NCBI GenBank assembly: GCA_048013815.1
Contig: CM106585.1
Location: forward strand, 11,160,001-11,224,000
Reading direction: 5' to 3'
DNA length: 64,000 bases
From: Setoptus koraiensis
Taxonomy: Eukaryota; Animalia; Arthropoda
In this document: positions 1 through 8,251 of the stretch, piece after piece
Position numbering within the stretch: position 1 is the stretch's first letter
How the letters are laid out: the number at the start of each line of letters is the position of its first letter
Notes under the pieces: generated by a model
What the model was told of the DNA's origin: nothing
Databases searched by the model: none
What the model saw: the letters and a program-made list of their open reading frames with translations, nothing else
Made by a program: the position numbers and the translations under genes

Positions 1-496
1 GGTATGTCCATGACCGGATCGCGGACCGGCGAAAAGCCCCCAAACAGATCGGATATCCGCGCCCGATGCTCGCAGCGAGATCGGGCGTAAAGAGTGAGCG
101 CATGGCCGCTCGGCCACCAAGTGGCCAGAACAAAAAGAAAATAATATATTTATATTCAACACACTGCAACACATGTGACAGCATTTACCTGGTTGCGCCG
201 CTACCTGTAGCAACGAAATGTGTGAAAATATTAAAATGAGAAGACAATCAGTCGCCATCGTCATCATCGGATCCCTTGTTTTTTGATCCCTGTTACGTAT
301 TTCAATATTTATATTAATATTACTATTATCATTACAAACTGTAATAGTTTATTATTGCCAATATTATTAGTAGATAATCACTAAGCACAGCAACGCTACA
401 AATGATATTAATATACCATCTATTATTATAACAGGTTAACAATGTTATTATCTTATTCTTTTGCGAACAATATCGAGAGTGCTGCAGTTGGTAAGC

Positions 497-733
497 ATGC
501 AGTCTAGAACAAGGAAGCCCAAAAGACAGGTCCAGCAAACTATGCTTGCAAAAGAAAAAATTGAAAAAATACAAGACAAATTGAGTATATCAGAGAGATT
601 TGATCACGAACTAGAAATTAATTTAGCACAACAACGAGTTGACCTCAATAAAAAAAGAACCAAGGAATTCATTGATATTCAATTAAAATTAAAGGATTAC
701 GATTGGATGTACAAGAAATTATGCCTTACTTAG
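497..733 (+). CDS. Small 78-aa coiled-coil-type ORF, weakly APC16 (ANAPC16/EMB-1)-like; stop codon overlaps the SRP9 start
   Basis: ATG at 497, TAG at 731-733. C-terminal KKRTKEFIDIQLKLKDYDWMYK resembles the R..[ED][LF]..L...L..D[ED]W.[FY]K end of APC16 proteins, and an upstream SERF word is also present in human ANAPC16 (recalled, not searched). Confidence 0.45.
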   Translation: MQSRTRKPKRQVQQTMLAKEKIEKIQDKLSISERFDHELEINLAQQRVDLNKKRTKEFIDIQLKLKDYDWMYKKLCLT

Positions 734-951
734 CGAATTGGGAGGAGTATAGTAAGCAGGCTCAAGAGTTGTATGATAAAAATCCAATGGGGTGCCGTGT
801 CGTATTTAAATACAGACACAACGATGGTCGCCTTGTGCTCAAGGTGACAGACAATAAAACATGTCTCCTATATCTAGCGGAGCAAGCTCAAGATGTCAAA
901 AAGATAGATAAGCTATTGTCCGGTATGATGCGAAATATGGTGTGCAAATAA
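721..951 (+). CDS. SRP9: Signal recognition particle 9 kDa protein (76 aa, intronless)
   Basis: MPYLANWEEYSKQAQELY...RVVFKYRHNDGRLVLKVTDNKTCLLY...QAQDVKKIDK matches the SRP9 family throughout. The true ATG is at 721; the ORF track starts at a TTG at 703. Confidence 0.96.
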   Translation: MPYLANWEEYSKQAQELYDKNPMGCRVVFKYRHNDGRLVLKVTDNKTCLLYLAEQAQDVKKIDKLLSGMMRNMVCK

Positions 952-1249
952 ATATTATCACGATAAAATAAAGTTTAGGATGATGGATATATATAAACAC
1001 GCTACAATTCTGATTCAATGCACACAATAAAATGCCACACATATTGAATGCAAACAGTAAATTACTTCATTTACTAGATTTTATATAATATTCATATTCA
1101 GAATATTTATTTATTAAACAATATATTACATACACATTTGCATACATCTCATCAGAGTTGATTCAATATCCACATCAAAGATCGATAATCACATTGGGGA
1201 ACATTTCATGGTGAAAACAATAGACACCCGGCCTCGGGAGTATCACTGT

Positions 1250-2761
1250 CTACGGGGATACAGCTCTCTGTTTTTCTTCTGAATCAGATTCATATTGTCG
1301 CATTCGTGCCTCAACTAATGGTCTGAAGTGTCTAATCAATCCTTGTATGGGCCAAGCTGCGCCATCGCCCAAGGCACATATTGTGTGGCCTTCAATCTGT
1401 TTTGATATTTCATATAGCATGTCAATCTCTTCGGGCCTTGCATTGCCATCGACGAATCTCCACATGATCTTATTCATCCAATCTACTCCTTCTCTGCAAG
1501 GGGTACACTGGCCACAGCTCTCATGTTTGTAGAACTCAGTTAGCCTTGCTATGGCTTTGATTATATCAGTTTGTTTGTTCATAACAATAATCGCTGCGGT
1601 ACCAAGACCTGTCTGAGCTTGAATTAATGAGTCAAAGTCCATAAGCACAGTTTCACAAGTGTCTTTCGGTATGACAGGCGTGGATGATCCACCAGGTATT
1701 ATGCCCAGTAGGTTGTCCCAACCCCCAAGAACACCACCAGCGTGACGCTCTATCAATTCTTTTAGAGGTATCGACATTTCCTCCTCTACAGTGCACGGAT
1801 TATTTACGTGTCCAGAAATATTGAACAGTTTTGTGCCTGTGTTGCGGGGTCTTCCTAAACCAGCGAACCATGAGCCCGTTCGACGGCAGATAGTTGGTGC
1901 AACGGCAACAGTTTCTACATTAGCCACTGTAGTGGGACATCCGAATACTCCTACGTCAGCTGGAAACGGGGGTTTCAATCGAGGTTTTCCTTGTTTTCCT
2001 TCTAGTGATTCGATGAGAGCAGTCTCTTCACCGCAGATATACGCTCCAGCCCCGCGATGTACATAAACATCGAAATCATACCCGGAACCGCAAGCGTTTT
2101 TTCCTATATAACCTGCCTTATAAGCTTCATTGATTGCAACATGTAGATTACAGCTTTCGTTGTAAAACTCTCCTCTTATGTAGATGTAGGCAGCTCGAGC
2201 TCCCATGGCTCGGCCGGCAACTAGACAGCCCTCGACTAGTTTGTGTGGGTCATGGCGCATGATTTCTCTGTCCTTGCATGTGCCCGGTTCTCCCTCGTCG
2301 GCATTAACAACTAGATATTTCGGTCTACCGTCACTGGGTTTGTTCATGAAGCTCCATTTCATTCCAGTCGGAAATCCCGCACCGCCTCGACCGCGCAATC
2401 CAGATTCTTTTATTTCATTTATAATCCATTCGTGGCCTTTGTTTAGAATCTCTTTGGTTTTATACCAATCGCCCTAGGATTAGTAAGAACAAAAATCAAG
2501 ATTATCAACATTTGTATTATAAGAGAGTAGAACGATTTTTCAATAATTCTTTGTGGCTCTTCTTTCATAGACCACCAAAAAACTTACCCTCGATTCGGCT
2601 CCTTTCAGTCTCCACTCGTGTCTCCCGTACAAATTTGTGAATATTCTATCCTGATCTTTCAAAGGTCCTCCGCGAGTCTTGGCCGCGGTCGCGGTCGAGC
2701 TCGATCTCGCCACTATCTGAAATAGCTGCCATGGAGAGGCCTTTAGCAAATTGTTTTGCAT
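1250..2761 (-). CDS. NDUFV1: NADH dehydrogenase [ubiquinone] flavoprotein 1 (51 kDa complex I subunit), 465 aa; exons 2761-2588 and 2473-1250
   Basis: [21 protein letters not shown] (NADH/FMN site), [13 protein letters not shown] and the [10 protein letters not shown]...C 4Fe-4S motif. A 114-bp phase-0 GTAAGT...CTAG intron joins ESR|GDWYKTKEI. Confidence 0.98.
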
Positions 2762-3608
2762 TTCGGTTGAGCTTCTATCGATGCAATATGTGGTATAAAA
2801 ACAACCTTAGTGGATTTATTTCATAAATATAGGTCCAGATTATTTTTGTTAGATAAAAAAGCGTCAAGGTGATTCAGTTTTGTTGTTGTCTTGCGTGACA
2901 AATTTTTGTCTTATGCTGTAAAGAGCACTCTGTGCCTATTGTGCACACGTCTCTCATTTGCGCGCAGGATCGCCTATTGTTTGCGCCTCTTACAATGTAC
3001 TTTTCAGGTTTACTAAAACAACCGCGAGAGGCTCTGCTTAGCTGCCCTGAAACGAGGACGTACTTAAGTCTGCATAGAAGCTACCGACAGACAACAGTGA
3101 ATGCTCGGGCTCACCCCAAGAAGCTCCTGCGCTTTCCTGCTTTACTGAATGCCAGAGCAAGCGATCAGACAGAGTAAACATTTATCGAGACAGTCCACCA
3201 TCAATTGTTCAATTTAAAACCGTTTCCAGAGCCTCTACCGGATATTTTTGTAAACCGGGTTAAGTAAATTGGATAAAGGACAAACAATAGAAATGAGCAG
3301 AGCTTAGGTACTCCAGGGCAGAGATAGAGTGGGTCGGTCCACAGCGATGGCTTCACATTACGAAATCACTTGACAGAATAAACATCATCATTATAAATCA
3401 GGAAACAACAAAACTATATCACCTTCATTTGACGCTTTTAACTCACTCAATAAAAATTCAATAACAAACATATTGAAATTCTTTTTAGATCACATATTGT
3501 ACATCGACAGAAGATCAACCGAAATGCAAAACAATCTAATTCGAGTTTCTCGGTCGCAGCTATTTCAGATAGTGACCAGAGCGAACTCGAGCGCGACACA
3601 GGCTCGAC
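2676..3608. repeat. Diverged inverted duplication (arms approx. 2676-2890 and 3404-3608) covering promoter, 5'UTR and mitochondrial presequence of NDUFV1 and SDHB
   Basis: On the sense strands the genes share identical blocks TCAACCGAAATGCAAAACAAT (21 nt) and GCAGCTATTTCAGATAGTG (19 nt), a shared CACATATTG and an upstream AACAACAAAACT...TCACCTT...TGACGCTTTT block. Confidence 0.9.
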
Positions 3609-4405
3609 ATGACTTAGGTCCGAAAGGATCCGAATTGAAGGCTAAAGGAGAGAAGAAAATCAAAAAATTCAGTATCTATCGATGGGATCCCGACAATGCC
3701 CACGTTAAACCACATCTTCAAACCTACGAGGTTGACCTAAATTCTTGTGGTCCTATGGTATTGGACGCATTGTTCAAAATCAAAAATGAATTAGATCCCA
3801 CACTAACATTCAGACGGTCCTGTCGTGAAGGAATTTGTGGATCATGTGCAATGAACATTAATGGCACTAACAATCTTGCATGCATATGTAAGATCGATAA
3901 AGATAGTGACAAACCTATGAACATTTACCCCTTACCTCACATGTATGTCATCAAGGATCTGGTTCCTGACATGAACAACTTCTATGAACAATACAGATCT
4001 ATTCAACCTTGGCTACAACGTTCCGATGAGAATGTCACGGATCGCAAACAGAATCTACAGAGTGTAGATGACAGAAAGAAACTTGACGGATTGTACGAAT
4101 GTATTCTATGCGCCTGTTGTTCTACTGCTTGCCCCAGTTATTGGTGGAACGGCGATAAATATCTTGGCCCTGCAACACTAATGCAAGCTTACAGATGGGT
4201 CATCGACTCTCGTGATCAAGCCACCGATGAAAGACTTGATAACCTAAGAGATCCATTTTCTGTTTATCGTTGCCATACAATCATGAACTGCACACGGACG
4301 TGCCCGAAAGGCCTGAACCCTGGAATGGCGATAGGGGAATTGAAAAAGATTCTGTCTGGTTGGTCAACTAAGCAAAACCCAGAGCTTCAAGGACAAGCTC
4401 AGTAA
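3524..4405 (+). CDS. SDHB: Succinate dehydrogenase iron-sulfur subunit (complex II), 293 aa, intronless
   Basis: [23 protein letters not shown] (2Fe-2S), [17 protein letters not shown] and [17 protein letters not shown] cluster motifs. The true ATG is at 3524 (MQNNL...). Confidence 0.98.
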   Translation: MQNNLIRVSRSQLFQIVTRANSSATQARHDLGPKGSELKAKGEKKIKKFSIYRWDPDNAHVKPHLQTYEVDLNSCGPMVLDALFKIKNELDPTLTFRRSCREGICGSCAMNINGTNNLACICKIDKDSDKPMNIYPLPHMYVIKDLVPDMNNFYEQYRSIQPWLQRSDENVTDRKQNLQSVDDRKKLDGLYECILCACCSTACPSYWWNGDKYLGPATLMQAYRWVIDSRDQATDERLDNLRDPFSVYRCHTIMNCTRTCPKGLNPGMAIGELKKILSGWSTKQNPELQGQAQ

Positions 4406-4761
4406 AATCGTATGGTGATAATGCAAAACACACGAGAAGAATAATACTTGGGCACTATTCGAGCATGTTGCCTATTTTAACTCGTGATCTCAATTTTAAT
4501 AACTTGAGCCTTCATTGAGCTCGAAGAGCTTTGACATTGTAGCAGTGGAAATCGTTGAAAACGAATAATAAACTGTCATGATGCTTTTAACCGAAAATTT
4601 GAATGGCAAATAATACCCAAAAAAGAGTGCACTTGTTTGTGTGAACTCAATTTTACTTAAGTAGCTTTTTCGCTTCCTCGACGGCCTGTTATTGTAGACG
4701 AAACACAAATAAGAAATACAAGATGAGATAATAGTGTGACTTTTATGGACTGGTCTGAATG

Positions 4762-5766
4762 TTATGTGGCAATATCACTTACCTCCTTATCGTCCCATTT
4801 GTCTGACGACGAAAACTTATCGACGACTTCTTTCAATAGGGCCACTGCACGTTCTTTGTCGCGCTTCAGAACGAACAACGTCTTGGCAATCATTACTTTG
4901 TTCTTGGAATAGAAGTCCTTATCAATCTCTTCGGCCTTCTCGAACATCTTCAAGGCAACCTCGATATCGGCATCAGGAAGAGCAGCAAAGGCTATGCTGG
5001 CTATCTTTCGTTCCCACCAGGTTACGTGGTAACAAGAGAAGTGCCATTCTCCCAGTAGATAGTAGCTTGTAGCATCGGTTGGTGCATACTCGATGGCTTT
5101 CTCCATATGAGTTCTTACATTGAGCACTTGAAGAACGCGTTCTTTTTGTCCCTTCAAAGTACTCACAGCGTCCAATAGTATAGCGGCCCACTTGTGAGCC
5201 AAGCCATTCTTGTCATCCAATTCCAGAGAATGCTGAATATGAAGATAGGCAGTGTTCAACAATTCTTCATATTTGTCTTTTTGATCTTTGATGGCCTTAG
5301 ATTGGGTGTATTCGCAACGAGCTACGCGCCACAGCACTTGTTCGTTGTCGTACCATCCTGTCTGTGATTTTAGCAACTCGATGACCTGGTCGTACTGTCC
5401 CTCATCGAACAGCGCATCAGACTTCTTCAGGGTGTCCCAAGTGACACCCTTAATATCGGTAGCTTGACCTTTATCCATGAAAGAAAAAGCTGCTGCTAGT
5501 AGAACCCCGTTGAATTTTCTCAGTAATAAAGGTTTGATGTGATGATTATATATCGCCAATAGATAATTGCTGTTTTTGGTGCGATCCCGAAACGTTACCA
5601 CTCTAAGGCTAGGCTTTGTTGGCCTGTTGAATTGTAACCTGTTCAAATTATCAACTTTTGCAAAATACTGACGATGTTTTTTTCTAATCTCGTTTATTAT
5701 CCTTGAAGATGTTTGTAATCTCGACGATTGTACTCTGATGGTATTGATAACGCTAAAAAGTGACAT
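4762..5766 (-). CDS. RMDN1: Regulator of microtubule dynamics (RMDN/FAM82-like) TPR protein, 334 aa
   Basis: DALFDEG...LWRVAR...AHKWAAILL...ERV......HMEKAIE..P.DAT..YLLGEW...V.WWERKIA..F..LP...ALKMFEKAE..FYSKN.VMIAK is the RMD1 family pattern. N-terminus looks like a basic targeting sequence. Paralogue assignment (RMDN1/2/3) is uncertain. Confidence 0.85.
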   Translation of the reverse strand: MSLFSVINTIRVQSSRLQTSSRIINEIRKKHRQYFAKVDNLNRLQFNRPTKPSLRVVTFRDRTKNSNYLLAIYNHHIKPLLLRKFNGVLLAAAFSFMDKGQATDIKGVTWDTLKKSDALFDEGQYDQVIELLKSQTGWYDNEQVLWRVARCEYTQSKAIKDQKDKYEELLNTAYLHIQHSLELDDKNGLAHKWAAILLDAVSTLKGQKERVLQVLNVRTHMEKAIEYAPTDATSYYLLGEWHFSCYHVTWWERKIASIAFAALPDADIEVALKMFEKAEEIDKDFYSKNKVMIAKTLFVLKRDKERAVALLKEVVDKFSSSDKWDDKEVSDIAT

Positions 5767-6052
5767 GACTGCCTAGATTAATTTCGATCTATGGCATATT
5801 GTTTATGTTTGGCTCACAGGTGGCTGAGCCCGTGAACAGCTTGTTGTTATGTTTCTCAGGATAGAACGCACTTTAGGATACTTTAGTGTAGTAGTGTGAT
5901 GAAGTGTGTTTAAAGCTCACAAATGATGCGCACGATTGGCTCAACAACAGATATCATCAAGATCGCTTCCGCTTATTCGGTGCGTATTAAAATTAAATAA
6001 ATTGTCAGAAAGGGGCTATCTATTTATTTATTACTATTTTGGAGGGGCAAAT

Positions 6053-6901
6053 TTACATTTTCTCTTTTTCTTGGCCTAAGTCTGATTGTCGTGAGGCAAA
6101 CACAATCTGACTGACTATGTCGTGTAATGGAACAAACTGTTGTACTCCATTGGCTCTACTTAAATCAGTCAAGCGAAGTACAGTGGACCCATTGGAGATG
6201 GGCCGAGTAACGGCCTCAAATGTTGGTAGGGACTCAATCACGGACTGAACGTCTTTCCAATCGCAAACTTCTGTATTTGATTTGTGCTGGGGGTTTTCGA
6301 TGTGCTCCCGCAAGGACTCCACCCTGCGGTCGCATAATTCGCAGTAAGGTCCTGGGCGCACTCTTTTAGTTTGGCAGTTTGTTTGGTTTGGTGTAGTGTT
6401 TGGAGTAATGTTTGGAGTAATGGACAGCGGAATTGGTTTTGTTAATCTAATGAGGTTTGGTTCGGGCCATCTGGTGAACTCCGCGCATACGGGCCTATAT
6501 TTTCCCTCTAGATCCTCGCATTTGAGAAAGGGTGGCCTCAAGTCGCGGGCATTGTGCTTGTTTTCATCATCGTCGTCCTCGCTCCAATTAGATGATAGGA
6601 AATTTCTACAAAAGGCGAGACATTTGTCGGCGCTCATCAATTTAATACCCGCCTTCTTGGCCCTAGTTAAAAATGGATCAGATCCATTACTACCGTCTAC
6701 ATCGTCTTCCTTAGGCCAATTCTCTTCGGGTACGTCCGTCACTAGGTAGGCCTTCTTGTCTAGGAACTGTTCTACTCTGCCTTCGAATTCTTTAATAAGC
6801 CTCTTCAGGCTATCCTCTAATTGTGATGAGTATCTGATATCTAAATAGAAATTCTTGTTGGCGAATATATTCTTCTTCTTCTTTTCGCTCGACATGTTCA
6901 T
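6053..6901 (-). CDS. DBF4: Dbf4/ASK/Chiffon-like activator of Cdc7 kinase, compact (282 aa)
   Basis: Motif N (FYLD...GRVEQFLDKKAYLVTD), motif M (LRPPFLKCEDLEGKYRP...F...P) and a Dbf4-type zinc finger (YCELC...ESLREHIENPQH...W..V..VI), in the expected order. Confidence 0.85.
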   Translation of the reverse strand: MNMSSEKKKKNIFANKNFYLDIRYSSQLEDSLKRLIKEFEGRVEQFLDKKAYLVTDVPEENWPKEDDVDGSNGSDPFLTRAKKAGIKLMSADKCLAFCRNFLSSNWSEDDDDENKHNARDLRPPFLKCEDLEGKYRPVCAEFTRWPEPNLIRLTKPIPLSITPNITPNTTPNQTNCQTKRVRPGPYCELCDRRVESLREHIENPQHKSNTEVCDWKDVQSVIESLPTFEAVTRPISNGSTVLRLTDLSRANGVQQFVPLHDIVSQIVFASRQSDLGQEKEKM

Positions 6902-6964
6902 GGTGGACCACAGTTATTAGTTGAAATGTTTGAGAAAGAAGCTCCTCTTTTGAGATTATATTGA

Positions 6965-7043
6965 GTCCACCATATATTGGTCTTATCTTCACTTATAATT
7001 TTTGTGTCCACCATATATTGGTGTAATCTTCACTTATAATTTC
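6965..7043. repeat. Tandem duplication, 41-bp period, upstream of DBF4
   Basis: GTCCACCATATATTGGT(C/G)T(T/A)ATCTTCACTTATAATTT at 6965 and 7006. Confidence 0.9.
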
Positions 7044-7580
7044 GTGAAAATCGTTGCACACAAACTAGTGTTCTCGCCACCGAAAACCAAAACACAAAAC
7101 AGAGCGCGACTATCAAAAGCACAAAACAAACACATTCCTATGTACGCACCCATTCAAAACAAGGCGCTCATTTGACCATACACAGCACACACCGTACCAT
7201 GTTCTGTGAACAATCGGCAGATTTGGCGGCAGGATAGCGTCCAGTTTTAACTGCGGCAAACGCCAAGTGTTGCCATCAAAATCACCACTGTTAATTAGTC
7301 AACAGTCATTGGCCATTTTTACCGGCAGAGGCTACCATTGTGACAAAAGCGGCGTGTCATTAATTTTACAGGGCCCACATTGTATCGGCCGCAAGAGGGC
7401 TCTGTATAGATATATATAATTGGCACCATATATGAACAAACAAGTGAAATGAGGAACAGAAACGACAACGAAAAGCCCAATTGCCAGACTGAGGACGGCG
7501 ACTTGTTCTGTCGTGATGAAGTGGCAAAGTCTTGTGTAACATTGATTATAATAATTTGGAGCTTTATTATTAGTAGTGGC

Positions 7581-8251
7581 TTAGAATCTCAGCTTGCTGA
7601 AGAACCACTTATTTTTGCCTGTTTTGTAGCGTTCTTGGAACTTGGTTTTGATTTCGCCTCTGGCTTTCCTGCGTTTTGCCTTGTCCTTGAGAACGTCTCT
7701 TGCTGTGACAGTTTTGTCGAATTGAATATCAACAAGGTATCTTGTGGGCATCAAGTGACTGTAGTTGTAGCATTTAATGAATGGCTTGACACGGCAACGC
7801 TTCTTTCTCACCTCCTTATTGTGCAGTCGGTAGATCGGTTTCGGGTATCTATCAATGCCGGCCACAATTGCGTGCCCGTAGCTCTTTTCGGAGTTACCGT
7901 CATCGTGGTTCTAAATTACAATTAGAGTGGAATGAACAGAAATTGAGTCGAATGACGCATAGGAATAGAATTGAAATTATGAAATTAGTGTTTGGTCACC
8001 GTTAAAGGGTAATGTGTAGTAGCGATTCATGACACATTTATGGTCGTGTTTTTGTCAATTGTGATACCAAGAGGCTCTCTAGCGTGGATCTTTCTCTCTC
8101 CATAGCTACAATATATAATCTATATTCAATGTGTATATGTGGGCTCCATCACAAGACCAGATGCTCTTACCTTAAGGATGACTGCCTTCCTTCCAGCGTA
8201 TCTACCGGCCAAAATGATGACCACCTTGCTTGGCTTCATAATCTTTCCCAT
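7581..8251 (-). CDS. RPL27: 60S ribosomal protein L27 (eL27), 136 aa; exons 8251-8171 and 7910-7581
   Basis: [27 protein letters not shown]|NHDDG...GIDRYP...[10 protein letters not shown]...[15 protein letters not shown]. 260-bp phase-0 GTAAGA...TTTAG intron. Confidence 0.97.

Noticed and set aside
3473-3523. N-terminal extensions implied by the ORF track for SDHB (3473) and SRP9 (703)
   Set aside because: Both use TTG starts from a prokaryote-style caller; homology and the shared leader place the ATGs at 3524 and 721.
7449-7925. 158-aa hydrophobic plus-strand ORF
   Set aside because: Antisense shadow of RPL27 exon 2.
7911-8170. snoRNA in the RPL27 intron
   Set aside because: No convincing box C/D pair with a terminal stem, and no H/ACA double hairpin, seen by eye.
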